Shown here: positions 23,192 to 35,721 of the stretch, piece after piece | How the letters are laid out: each line of letters begins with the position of its first letter | Position numbering within the stretch: position 1 is the stretch's first letter | Assembly (NCBI GenBank): GCA_032718475.1 | Contig: JAUCBJ010005618.1 | Span: 1-49,528, forward strand | Direction of reading: 5' to 3' | DNA: 49,528 nucleotides | Origin: Nemertoderma westbladi | Taxonomy: Eukaryota; Animalia; Xenacoelomorpha | Translations under genes and position numbers: made by a program | The notes under the pieces: model-generated | Seen by the model: only the letters and a program-made list of their open reading frames with translations | Databases searched by the model: none | Told to the model about the DNA's origin: nothing

Positions 23192-23890
23192 TGTAAATCC
23201 TATTTCTGTTGTTAAGATGACATAATACTTTGTTGGATCTGAATCAGATGCGTTAGTTAGTTTCAGTAGAGGGTGAGATGCTACCCCTTGCGTAGAGAAA
23301 ATTACATTTCCTGATAAATCAAAGGTTACAAATGCAGCTCCCAAAATGGTTAGCTTTAATGAACATTTTCTCATCTCATCAGCCATTTTGATGTAAGAAT
23401 CACAATCCATTACGCTAGCAGCAAGGGTGTTGCATTTTGTAAATAATTGCTGCATTTGATTGCTGCATCTGAAACTGTACATTAAATGAAGAGTAACAAT
23501 TGTACATTGTAACAGCCACATTGCCAATATTGCCGAGAAAATTCCCTCTTCAAGGTCAAATCCCTTATAAATTTCAGTTCCAAGACTACATAGTGCAGTT
23601 ACTAAGTTTGTTAACAATGATGTGAGCGTGATTAACATTACCGGTATGTGAATATGTTTTGGCATTGTAGGGACACCTTTCAGTTTGCAGTTTTCCCTGA
23701 AAGTCAAACCCAGAAGCTTTAAGGTTTGATTTAAACTGGCAAACATGTAAACTGCATCTTTTGTTGGAGTGGCTGCAGATTGATCCGGTATGTTCTGTTC
23801 ATTATTATAAAAACCGTTACAATATTCGTCATTTCCATCAACATTATCTTTAGTTATTTTATTTTTCGCTGTTTCTGGTTCGATCTTCAT
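23192..23890 (-). CDS. Gustatory receptor-like gene A, exon 1 (233 codons)
   Basis: ATG-initiated, hydrophilic N-terminus with no signal peptide, LKLLGL motif, three hydrophobic segments (including MWLLQC), ending at a phase-0 gtaagt donor. Confidence 0.8.
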
Positions 23891-24333
23891 GTTGGCAAAA
23901 AAATTGTGACAGGCACTTTACTGTCACAATAGAAGTTCAATTTGAAATTCAGATGAAGAAAATTAAACCAAATCAAGAAATTAGAAAGTAAAGCTGTTAT
24001 ATTATTATATTGTGTCTAGAAAATAAAACTAGAAAATATATTAATATTAAAAGGATTAAACAAAAATATAGAGCAAATAACTCTAATACTACGGTACAAA
24101 ACCGTAATTTGAAGGTATTTCAAAACGTTTTAGGTTCAACTATGCAGAATGCAGATCCACAGAAAATTTATACATTGCAAAGTAACTGTCAATAACCAGG
24201 ATAGTACTTGAACCCAATCTAAGCGAACTAATGTGAAAACCGTTGAGCAAAATCTTCATCTCGAAATGTGGCTCTCTGTTCATCTCTCTGTCACCATAAC
24301 AGTCAAATTATTGAAAAGCACACCGTCTAGCTA

Positions 24334-25913
24334 TAGGGGCTGTAACGTCCAACCATAAAAAGAAGCACACCGGGAGAAGTGCGACGCTGATTGGCTAGAG
24401 CAGTGTGACAGCTGATTGGCTAACAGTACAGTAAGTTACGTTTACCAATTCATTGGCCTGGGCCTATGTTGTAGCACTGACACTGTTAATAACTTCATTT
24501 CATTTATTCATTTATCTCAACAACTTCAACATACCCATCACCGCACCATAATTGTAATAAAAAACGCAAACGGGTTAGGATGTGACAATGATGAAGTTAT
24601 TAAGATGAAATGAATGTGTATGCAGTATAAAAGCATTGTAAATGCTTGATTGAACTGTTGTAGCTACCGGCTGACCGGTACTGGTATTTTTGCAATAATT
24701 TAATGGTTCGGCTGTTTGGTACCGGTAGACTGCTGGACTAGTATGTCTTCTTCTGTTGTAGCTACCGGTACCGGTACTGGTATTTTTGCAAGAATTGAAT
24801 GCAGGAATGGTTTGATACCGGTAGACTGGGATGTCTTCCGTCACTATGTTATGTTGGCGTCACCACTGTCACCTATCTGCCCATTATATCTGTAGGCAGA
24901 ACAGCAGTGGGCCTATATCATCACAAGAAGTTAAATAGAGAACACGACAACTGCTGCTTAATGCTTACAGTTGGTTACCCGGTAGCGGTAATACATTTGT
25001 TAAATTAATGGATTTAGGCCTACTTCTTGACTAGGCTCTGACTACAATAGCCTACTGCAATAGATACGTTAGGCCTGTCTATTCGGTTTGAGTCAGCGCA
25101 GTCCAGTCACCAATGTTGCATAGTTTTATTAAAACTGCATTTTTATCACACCGCTACCGGCATTGGTACAGCTCTAATCAGCCTATCCAATAAACTCCAG
25201 AACTCACTCACTCATCTAACAGTACAACGGTTTACAGCAAGCAAAGGGCTGAGGGGGGGCGGTGAGTACTATACAAATACCAAAGACCTAATTAAGTAAC
25301 CTGCATAATCTTGTAACATGTGTTAACTTTCGTTTATTGTTTTGGTTCCCCCAACACGTCTCTGTAACCTGCTCCTTTACTAACCTCCTCCATTAAATGG
25401 CAATGGGACCTTTACGCTCTTTGGGACCTAATGCGCTTTTGGATCTAACTCGACTTTACCTCTTTGTTTTGTACAGGTCCCAAAGAGCATTAGGTCCCAT
25501 TGCCATTTAAGTGAGCAGGTTAGTAAAGGTGCTTTATTTATGTAAATGTATGTTTAATTATGTATGTTTATTTATGTAAAATACACAAATAAAGAGGTTT
25601 TTAAAAATTATACAGTCAAATAAGGATATAATAGTAATAAGCCTAAAAATGAATGAATCGCGACGAATTCTGAATGTATCGCGAAATAAGCGTGTACTAA
25701 TTTCCTGATAGCACCCTAAAGTTTCATCCAATCAGCGTCACACTTCTCCCGGTGTGCTTCTCTCCGTGTGCTTCTCTATATCCAATCAGCGTCGCACTTA
25801 TCCCGGTGTGCTTCTCTCCGTGTGCTTCTCTATATCCAATCAGCGTCGCACTTATCCCGGTGTGCTTCTCTCCGTGTGCTTCTCTATATGGTTGGACGTT
25901 ACAGACTCTTCTC
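24334..25913. mobile_element. Non-autonomous TIR element, probably Mutator-like
   Basis: TIR ctgtaacgtccaaccata..agaagcacac versus gtgtgcttct..tatggttggacgttacag. Flanking near-direct repeat cc(g/a)tctagcta (24323-24333, 25914-25924). Three ~54-bp subterminal repeats at 25727-25888 and a ~100-bp internal duplication at about 24654-24830. Confidence 0.75.
25373..25529. mobile_element. Small nested hairpin MITE
   Basis: Inverted arms cctttactaacct..ttaaatggcaatgggacct..gctctttgggacc versus ggtcccaaagagc..aggtcccattgccatttaa..aggttagtaaagg. Confidence 0.65.
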
Positions 25914-26934
25914 CCATCTAGCTAAAAATATTTCTTACGATGTCTATCCGTCAAGATATATCCGATAAATGAACAGAAAAACAGACAGTTTGGATGCCAA
26001 CAATAGTGAAATGAAAATTGACATCAGAAAAAAATCATCAAACAGAAAAAACCAAATTGAGGAAATTTGCAAAAGATATATTTTCAATAATTTTTAATTA
26101 TTGTTTGTAGTTTTAAATGTGAAAAGTTGGTGTTACAAATAGTATCAAATTTCTTGGGACTGTAACATTGTTGGCCAAGTTTATGTAAGAAACTTAGAGG
26201 TAATTTCTTAAATTAATTAAATTAAATAAATTATTTCCCAAAGGTAAAATAAAGTTTAACAAGCAGAAAACAAAACAGCAATTAAAAAAAATTAAAAATA
26301 CAAATATATAGATTCACATAAAATACACGATGTTCAAATGAACCTCGTCAATGAAACTATCAGAAGTTGTAATAAACCTTTCTTTTATGCAAACTTCCAT
26401 CCAATAGGTGATACAATGAAATCCTCTTATATATGAAATAACCATTGGAGCGTACCTACTATAATGTTTCATTTAAACTAACAAAGGATTAATTATCCAA
26501 CGAAGCGTCACAAATTTTATTAGGTTTACTTTCAGTACTTTCAAGAACCACCGCTAATTGAATAATAAATAAATAATAATGCAGAAACTATAAAAGGCAA
26601 ACAACTCAAGGGAATAACTTATCGTATTATTTGTTATAAAGGTCCTACTGTATACCAAGTCCAGGATCCAGGACTATCTAGAGGTGTTGATTTCATTAGC
26701 CCTGAGTGGATTTACCATTACCACCATACTTTAGGATCATCGATTCGACAAGAATCTAGTTAAAAAAATACTAATTCAATAACGAACGATTTGATCATAA
26801 CAATTTGACTCTTGAGATATCTGCGTTTGTGGAGCAGCAATGAAATAATTCATATCAGAACTTGGAAGCGAAACATATTTAGAAATGAAAGGCTTAAATG
26901 ATTAATAAATAAATAAGATAATTTTATGTATAAG

Positions 26935-27395
26935 TCTAACACACTAGAAGAGAAGATGCACAACTTCTACTAAACAAGGTGGAAAGGGCTGTTACGGAGT
27001 TTGGATTGAATATAAATGCTACCAAGACCGAATACATGACTATTAATGTTACTGGAAGCCTTACCATCATCGATAATAATCAACTAAAGAACGTTAACGA
27101 TTTCCTTCAGTCATGGGTGGAGTGTGGAGAGCACCAGTAAAGACATAGGAGTTAGGAAAGCTAAGGCATGGGTACGGGTAGCTCAATCAAAAATGGATAC
27201 CATCTGGAAATCACACTTCTACCACCACCTGAAGACCAAGTTCTTTCGAGCTACAGTGGAAAGTGTACTTTTATACGGGGGTGAGACCTGGACACTGACT
27301 AAATCACTTGAACAACGTATTGATGGTTGCTACACAAGAATCCTAAGGGCAGCTCTAAACATTAGCTGGAGACATATGACGAACGCCGAGCATTA
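26935..27395 (+). mobile_element. RTE relic, second family
   Basis: GLNINATKTEYM, ESTSKDIGVRKAKAW, FFRATVESVLLYGGETWTLTKSLEQRIDGCYTRILRAALNISW. Confidence 0.8.
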
Positions 27396-27556
27396 CAGGT
27401 ACAATACCACCTGTGCACTGTGCAGTGGTGTGGCACTGATGAAATCACAATGAATTGTTGAAACTCCCCAGGCAATACTGAGTAATACCATATACCTCCT
27501 AATTTCATCACCAAATCCAACACAAACAAAATTAGCTTATCGGGACGGGTGTAAAC

Positions 27557-27812
27557 GCTGTGCCGACAGTGTTTCGACAGTGTCGGCATAACGCAACACC
27601 GACACTGTCGGCACAACGTTATGTCGACACTGTCGGCACAACGTAATGCCGACACTGCCGGCACAACGTAACGCCGACACTGTCGGCATAACGTAACGCC
27701 GACACTGTCGGCATAACGTAACACCAACACTGTCGGCACAACGTAACGCCGACACTCATCACATTATCTGCACACTGTCGGCACAACGTTATGCCGACAC
27801 TGTCGGCACAGC
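27557..27812. repeat. Minisatellite of ~25-bp units with a palindromic core and inverted ends (MITE-like)
   Basis: About nine copies of gccgacactgtcggc plus a near-constant a(c/t)aacgtaac linker. The ends gctgtgccgacagtgt and acactgtcggcacagc are inverted. Confidence 0.8.
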
Positions 27813-30316
27813 AATATATATATAAAATACAATGGATAAGCAATATATACATATATACAACACGTTTACCGTATGGCAATATAATAGATTGCACAACACG
27901 TGATCTTCCCTTTGTTTGTCAACGAGGCGCTATTGCTACCTTGAATTTGCTAGGCAGTAATCCCCTTTATTGGAGGGTGATAATTGCTGCCGTTAAATGG
28001 CTGATGCCTAATAGGGTGACATATTGGTTTCTGCTTCTGGATTGGCGAAGCGCATATCCTGTATAACCATTAAACATATTAGTCTTAATAGACCCATCAG
28101 TTAGTAGTTAATCAATCCTAGTGCTAAACAATTCCATTTATTGGTTGTAATATTGTGAGACGGCACAGTATTCATTCAGAGAGCAGATGAAATGTAGTAG
28201 GGTTTAATAGATCATATTCATATAATATATCCATTAATATTTTATATTATGTAGACTTTAGTTAGATGTCAATTATTTCCCACAAACCACAGGATGTACT
28301 GTATATGAGCCAAAAACTGGTATCAGTCATAATACCATTGTTCAAATAATGTTAAGTACGTACTTAGTCTGTTAAAATCGCAGACCAATATGTGTTTTTT
28401 GGTAACTTATGCAAACTCATATAATTGGATTGTTGTTCACTAGACCTTATTTCGATAAGACTATTTGGCCATGCATGCTTCCTGTATGTAATGAGATATA
28501 AGTATTAGTAAACTCTCTAGTGACCCCTTCTAACAAACTACATAATTACTTTGTGAGAATTTAAACTTTCAGTAATATAAAATTTAATTAAATGTTATAT
28601 TTATTCCAGGGTGCTAAAATACACAATCATTTATTTTGTCGGCTTGATCCTGACAATAAAAAAAGGACCAAAACGGTTGCTCTAAAAAAACACATTGCTC
28701 TAATAAATATTTTTGAAACCAAAACCTCAATACATCATTATAATACCCGTTCTGCGTCAGCTCAGTACAAATTTTCTTGCTAGCTATACTAGCATTGCTA
28801 CAGCTGCAGCTCTAAGCAACCGGTCGGACTCATTTATATACCCTACTTTAAATTATTAGAAGCCCGCTCAAAGAGCAGGTATAGTTACTGTCAGAAAAAA
28901 TTGTTAGTGAGGGATATTTTCCAACCTAGCTTTTTTTATTAAATTTTGCTTTGCTTTGTTCGAACATTGCTTTGGTGGTTCATAATCACGTTACAAAATT
29001 TCTGATCTATTTTATGTGTGGTATTCGATATATTTCGTTATTTGACATTATTTTGTCGCGAAATTAAATGTATATAGCCATTCATTGACAGCTGTGGCAA
29101 AGGAATATAGAGTTGGCTTTAGGATCATTATTGGGCGGGTCTGACCCATTCATTAGATGACGGCCCTGTGCTTATAATTCTACAAGCTGTCCTATCATAC
29201 CACCTAACATAGCAGTGATAGAGTAGATATTCTCAATGGATTCACTGGGAAGAGCATTCAGCTTGCGGGGTAATACATTAGTGAGTAAACACATCATTAT
29301 TACAAAAACTTGTTAAGTATATACTTATCTGCAGTTCTGGCCTATCCATTCAATATTATTTCATTACTAGGCCCTCACTCTGCACCAGCTGGTGTCCTAT
29401 CACTGAGTCTATTACAATTTTCGTGTTATGGGGATAATATTCGAATTAAAGAAAAGTTACTTTAATAATTTTTTCGAAACTTTTTTTCCCCATCCTGGGG
29501 TTGAGCTGCGTCGATTGATATAACTTCTATTGACGGACGAGCTATTGTTTCGGAGGAGATCACCTGATTTACATATAAGTAAATATTGATAGAGAATACA
29601 TTTACAGTATGAAGTCCTAACGGTCTTCTAATAATTAATACATGCTGCCTTACCATAGTTTAGCTCACAGATAAAGCAATAAATGAGTTACAGCTAGTTA
29701 TATATTAATTGTAATTGATCTAACAATTGGAGTTCAGATCAAACATCTCGCTTCTATTAACACATTATAAATGGGGCCTTCGTACAGCACGAGACGGGGT
29801 TAACCAGAGTAAGAGTGCACTAATAGTATTCTATAGAAATGTAATGATTGATTGACCAACCAATTGATTATGAACCGGGACCACTAATTAACCGACCACA
29901 GCTTTCCTCGTTAGTTATAAATAAAGATAATCCAGGCTTTAAGGTTATTAATATAGCGGCGTCTCCATATCATTACAATATACACAAATTGACCATCAAA
30001 TATAATATATCAACAATAAACACTGAGCTTCCGGACTGGCCAGTTCTAAAAAAAGGATTGCAAATTCATCCCTTAGCCAATCACAAGCTTACATACGTCA
30101 AATTTATCATTGTTTACATTCCACACAAAGACCAACTGGGTTAGGAAAATGAAAAATAGATTCTATTGGCTGTTGGGACTTGACAATTTTACCAAGTTCT
30201 TACTAAGTGAATACCGAAATCGAACATTATGTAATGTCACTTATGATTCAACTGTCCAAATAACATTCTCTTTCAATTATTGTTTAATTAATTTCATACA
30301 TTAATATATTAAACTA

Positions 30317-31204
30317 ATGGCGAACCAAAAAGTAAGTTATTCTGAGATTCAGAAAGCTTCAATGGGGAATGAAATTGAAACCCCGATGTTGTCACCAGAT
30401 ACCGACCAGAAAGTTGAGAATGAGAGAGTATATGGTAGAAGGTCAGGGAGAAGAAGGCAGGTTGTAGCGGCTGGTGTGGCAGTGGCTGTTGTTTTGGTAG
30501 TCGTGGTACCAACCTTTGCTGTAATACTGACCAGCAATAAAGAAGAAAGAGTTACCAAATCCGTTCGGTACATTTGCACTAGTACGCCAGTAGACGCCAC
30601 TGATTTCGTCCTCCACCATAATGGATTGAACGGTTCAATACGCTGCGACAACACAGATGATGGTGGGCCGTGGATTGTAATACAGAGGCGAGTAAATGAT
30701 TCTGTGGGATTCAATCGCGATTGGGAAAGTTACAGGTCTGGTTTCGGAGATCTAAATGGAAGTTTCTGGTTGGGTCTCGAAAACATAAACAAATTGAGCG
30801 AAGGCGGAGTCATATTGAAGGTGGATCTTTGGTACAAAGAAACACACGAATACGCCATGTACCAAAATTTCAGTGTTGGTGATTCTAAGAATAATTACAC
30901 TTTATATATATCTCAGTACAACAAAAACAGCACTGCTGGTGACGCAATACTTGTTGGGAAACCCGGTGGGAGCGGCTACCTCAATGGATCCGCTTTCTCA
31001 ACATTTGACCGCGATAACGATTCGTACGACGGAAACTGCGCCTACTACTACAAAGGGGGTTGGTGGTATAATAATTGCGCCGCCTCCAACCTAAACGGCG
31101 TCTATGGGGATGATGGTGATGATGGGTTTTCTTGGGGCGCAGTCAATATGAACTTCAACTTCACACTGATTGATAAAGTGGAGATGAAGATTAGGAAAAA
31201 TTAG
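30317..31204 (+). CDS. Type II membrane fibrinogen-related domain (FReD) protein, single exon
   Basis: Intact 295-aa ORF. Basic RRSGRRR precedes a ~23-aa hydrophobic anchor. FBG motifs: CD..DGGPWIVIQRR, FNRDWESY..GFG, FWLGLE.I..L, FSTFDRDND, GGWWY..C..SNLNG, EMKIR. Confidence 0.92.
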   Translation: MANQKVSYSEIQKASMGNEIETPMLSPDTDQKVENERVYGRRSGRRRQVVAAGVAVAVVLVVVVPTFAVILTSNKEERVTKSVRYICTSTPVDATDFVLHHNGLNGSIRCDNTDDGGPWIVIQRRVNDSVGFNRDWESYRSGFGDLNGSFWLGLENINKLSEGGVILKVDLWYKETHEYAMYQNFSVGDSKNNYTLYISQYNKNSTAGDAILVGKPGGSGYLNGSAFSTFDRDNDSYDGNCAYYYKGGWWYNNCAASNLNGVYGDDGDDGFSWGAVNMNFNFTLIDKVEMKIRKN

Positions 31205-31331
31205 AAATATTTCGCTTAAAAGAATCAGCAGTACCTTTTATTTTATCACTTTTTCTTAACTTAATTAACTATTAAAATCTATCAAATTTCTTATTTCTTT
31301 TTTTAATTTCACGTAAAGTTTCTATGTTGTA

Positions 31332-31400
31332 AGTTTGTATTGTGTGGTTGCCAAGTTTGTATTGTGTGGTTGCCAAGTGCGTATTGTGTGGTTGCCAAGT
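31332..31400. repeat. 22-bp tandem repeat, three copies
   Basis: gt(tt/gc)gtattgtgtggttgccaa repeated three times. Confidence 0.8.
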
Positions 31401-32559
31401 TTGGAGAAAACCCCACCAATTATTAGTTGCCTTGATGCCATTTAAAATCCATGTTGCAAAGGAAAGAAACAAAACTTTTTTGGGGTATTAACAAAAGGTA
31501 ATATAGAATGAAAATTAAACTTGTTGGGGGTGGTGTGTCTAAAACGTTACACTAAAACGGACAAAATCTTTGGTCATAATCTTTTTAATTATTATAAAAC
31601 ATTTTAATTATTATTTCGGTTGATAGTTTTTTATAGAACTATCTTTCCTAGTTATATTATTATATACGGAGCTTTGTTATTATAAATTATTTATTGGATT
31701 TTACAGAATTTACTTTATTGGTTTAAACATATATTTGTACAAATTATTCGTCTAATATAAGTTATTGGATATTATTATTATTATAACGAACCTGTCTTTA
31801 GACTGGGTAGTTTTTGTCTAAAGCTGAGGCCGGCAAAAACACGATAGATATATTTACCTATATCACTCACTATATATTTACCTATATCACTATATATGTC
31901 ACTATATCACTCACTATGTATGTTCACCAAATGGCTTGAAACCACTTGCATGCATTGTAAAATTGTAAACGCAAGTATTTATCAATTGTTGTCTAGTTGT
32001 TGAATAAAAAAGTTGGGAACGATTCGAAGTGCGATATTCGAAATATTTGCATATTTTCAACATTATTGAACGCGAAATTAAATACCCATAACTCCCTTGC
32101 TTGAAATGTTTTTCAGGTGATTGATATTTAGCAATTATTATGAGGTTACTTACTACTGAAATCTGACAGAATGCCAAACGTATTATTATAGTTCTATCTC
32201 TATTCAGCCAGTTAGTGTAATGTCAAGCAGTACATCATTTATATATCGTATGTATCTATAGGGCCTAATTGTCATCGTTATAATACTGTCATCAACTTAG
32301 GCTAAGCTCAATTGTAATGCAAAGGCTTAGTAGGTTTTGTATATCTGGGACGTTTACAACAGCTGTCGATTAAACTAACAAAACCATAAAACTGAACCAG
32401 GGTGGCTGCCAGCCGGGTACCAACGGCTGTTGGGTAGACTTAAGGGAACATTTCACAAACTTTCATAGGATGCTTGTACATGTACATTATATTGGTTGCT
32501 CCGATGTTTTTATTAGGCTAACTGAGAATGTATCAGGTATAAATACTGTAATTATAGTG

Positions 32560-33130
32560 TTCTTTATTTTATTTATCTAATACAGAAAAGACCCCTCCGC
32601 AGAATAAACTGCTCTTTTGGGCCGTTTCTCAGGTTGCGGATATGGATACCATTTCACACATCATCGTAGTAATTGTGATTATGATTTGTTTGCCTAGGCG
32701 AATGTGTATTACATTAGATGGGAGGCAGTTTTTTGGTTGATGCAAGTCATTCTTGGTTTGCATCTTCCAATCCCATCTGTTTCTTGGAGTCTGTGTAAGA
32801 CAGGTTCGTTTAAAGCCATCTTGATGGCGTTCTAGTGGATATTATAAAAAACAATGAGTAAATAAAGTTTAGTGTTTTATAAAGTGTGGCAGAGGTTACA
32901 GCTTCTGTCGTGGTTTCACAATAAGTGTTTGGCAGGTAAGGTTCCCAAATTGCCGAAGATAAGATTGATGCATGTTGGTTGGTGATCTCTTTTCTACTGT
33001 TCTGAATGACAGGTGGCATAGAAACTTTTAATGCAAATGTGTTCTTTGCGATTTTAGTTTACTTATTTTTGCTCAATTTAAGTTTAAAGTTCCATTTTTT
33101 ATTGATAAGGTTAATTGCGTCCTAATATTC
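32560..33130 (-). mobile_element. Heavily decayed LINE 3' remnant
   Basis: Broken minus frames with AIWEPY-like text and a 3' gagcagt..ctgcggagg stem followed by an A-rich tail. Weak. Confidence 0.35.
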
Positions 33131-33817
33131 CAAATTTCTTAATCCAGAACTATCAATTGTAACATTGACGCCATCTAGTGTCGTTATATATATAGTCAGT
33201 TTAGCTTGAATGCCTTATTTGTGATGTCTAGGTGGCGCTACTGCACATTCCTTTGGAGGTATAAATGTTATGGATCCAAGGGCTCGCATTCACTCTTACT
33301 ATTACCATTGATATTAATTGTTTAGTGGAGTCACATGTATACACGAAGTGGGGCCTTCGCGCAGCACGTGACTTAAATTTAATTTAAGTACTAATTCGAA
33401 AGTATTACTGTATTAGCAAATTTTAAGCAGATTTCGCCTAATCACTTTTTACCTCTTTCATTTCTATTCAGACATTTCTGACTCTAGCGGTATAGTGAGA
33501 ACTGAAGATGGATTAGGGTCTCCAGCCCCACAAAGACACAGCCTATGGATGAATAGTACATACGTACATCGGACAAGTTTCATCTTGAATAACGGATAAC
33601 GAAATGAGAGACGGATCTCATTTTCAGAAATTTCGTCATATAGCGGCAGACCGATTAAATCTCCCCCCCCCCCCCCACAAAGACGCAGCATGTGGTCCAG
33701 AATATATGGCAAGATTCAGCTTAAACTGATTAAAATCAATGAGACGGGAGAATCTATTCACTTTCAGGCATAAAGTAGTCCTATAGCGGGTGACTGTTGA
33801 ACTGATTTTCAACAAAA

Positions 33818-35540
33818 CAAATTTTCAACTTGGCAGCTTTAAATTCGACAAAGTTATAAGCATGTCAATATCATAACGACGACAGCGATTTCACTTTCAA
33901 ACCTTAGGCCCTCTAGCGGCAGACTGGAGAACTGCAGATGGATTCGCCTCCTTTGAAAGTCACAGCTAATGGTCTAATTCATATCTGCCAAGTTTCAGCT
34001 TAAACGGATTAAAAGCAAAGAAATGGGAGGGCATTTAATGTTTAGACATGTGGCCCTCTAGCGGGAGACCATTGCACTGATGGTGTCTGAAAGTCTCTCA
34101 AAAATCTCAACTTTAGCTCATATTGATACCTACAAATTTTCAACTTGGCAGCTTTAAATCCGACAAAGTTATTAGCATGTCAAAATCGTAACGACGACAA
34201 CGATTTCACTTTCAGACCTTTGGCCCTCTAGCGGCAGACTGGAGAACTGCAGATGGATTCGCCTCCTTTGAAAGTCACAGCTAATGGTCTAATACATATC
34301 TGCCAAGTTTCAGCTTAAACGGATTAAAAGCAAAGAAATGGGAGGGCATTTAATGTTTAGACATGTGGCCCTCTAGCGGGAGACCATTGCACTGATGGTG
34401 TCTGAAAGTCTCTCAAAAATCTCAACTTTAGCTCATATTGATACCTACAAATTTTCAACTTGGCAGCTTTAAATCCGACAAAGTTATTAGCATGTCAAAA
34501 TCGTAACGACGACAACGATTTCACTTTCAGACCTTTGGCCCTCTAGCGGCAGACTGGAGAACTGCAGATGGATTCGCCTCCTTTGAAAGTCACAGCTAAT
34601 GGTCTAATACATATCTGCCAAGTTTCAGCTTAAACGGATTAAAAGCAAAGAAATGGGAGGGCATTTAATGTTTAGACATGTGGCCCTCTAGCGGGAGACC
34701 ATTGCACTGATGGTGTCTGAAAGTCTCTCAAAAATCTCAACTTTAGCTCATATTGATACCTACAAATTTTCAACTTGGCAGCTTTAAATCCGACAAAGTT
34801 ATTAGCATGTCAAAATCGTAACGACGACAACGATTTCATTTTGATACCTACAAATTTTCAACTTGGCAGCTTTAAATCCGACAAAGTTATTAGCATGTCA
34901 AAATCGTAACGACGACAACGATTTCACTTTCAGACCTTTGGCCCTCTAGCGGCAGACTGGAGAACTGCAGATGGATTCGCCTCCTTTGAAAGTCACAGCT
35001 AATGGTCTAATACATATCTGCCAAGTTTCAGCTTAAACGGATTAAAAGCAAAGAAATGGGAGGGCATTTAATGTTTAGACATGTGGCCCTCTAGCGGGAG
35101 ACCATTGCACTGATGGTGTCTGAAAGTCTCTCAAAAATCTCAACTTTAGCTCATATTGATACCTACAAATTTTCAACTTGGCAGCTTTAAATCCGACAAA
35201 GTTATTAGCATGTCAAAATCGTAACGACGACAACGATTTCACTTTCAGACCTTTGGCCCTCTAGCGGCAGACTGGAGAACTGCAGATGGATTCGCCTCCT
35301 TTGAAAGTCACAGCTAATGGTCTAATACATATCTGCCAAGTTTCAGCTTAAACGGATTAAAAGCAAAGAAATGGGAGGGCATTTAATGTTTAGACATGTG
35401 GCCCTCTAGCGGGAGACCATTGCACTGATGGTGTCTGAAAGTCTCTCAAAAATCTCAACTTTTGCTCATATTGATACCTACAAATTTTCAACTTGGCAGC
35501 TTTAAATCCGACAAAGTTATTAGCATGTCAAAATCGTAAC
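33818..35540. repeat. 315-bp tandem array (about 5 units plus an 88-bp partial duplication)
   Basis: The marker tacaaattttcaacttgg recurs at 34131, 34446, 34761, 34849, 35164 and 35479. A diverged precursor unit lies at about 33460-33820. Confidence 0.95.
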
Positions 35541-35543
35541 GAC

Positions 35544-35575
<32 letters not shown>

Positions 35576-35605
35576 CGACGACAACGACGACGACGACGAC
35601 GACAA
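35539..35605. repeat. (ACG)n/(ACA) microsatellite
   Basis: Directly visible. Confidence 0.95.
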
Positions 35606-35721
35606 CTATTTGCATAAATTGACCCACCCCCTAACAGTGTCAATTCGCTAAGGCTCCGCCAACTTCGTGGCTCGCCCCACACAGAAATTCGTAATAGAAA
35701 AATGCGAAAAAATTCGTATAA

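Noticed and set aside
27557-27812. CRISPR array
   Set aside because: Linkers are only about 10 bp and nearly identical, there are no cas genes, and the context is eukaryotic.
28592-28783. Standalone small gene
   Set aside because: HHYNTRSAS and QGAKIHN look like scrambled CR1/L2 ORF2 C-terminal remnants, too short and decayed to call.
35488-35682. Arg-rich protamine-like ORF
   Set aside because: It is a translation of the (CGT)n microsatellite.
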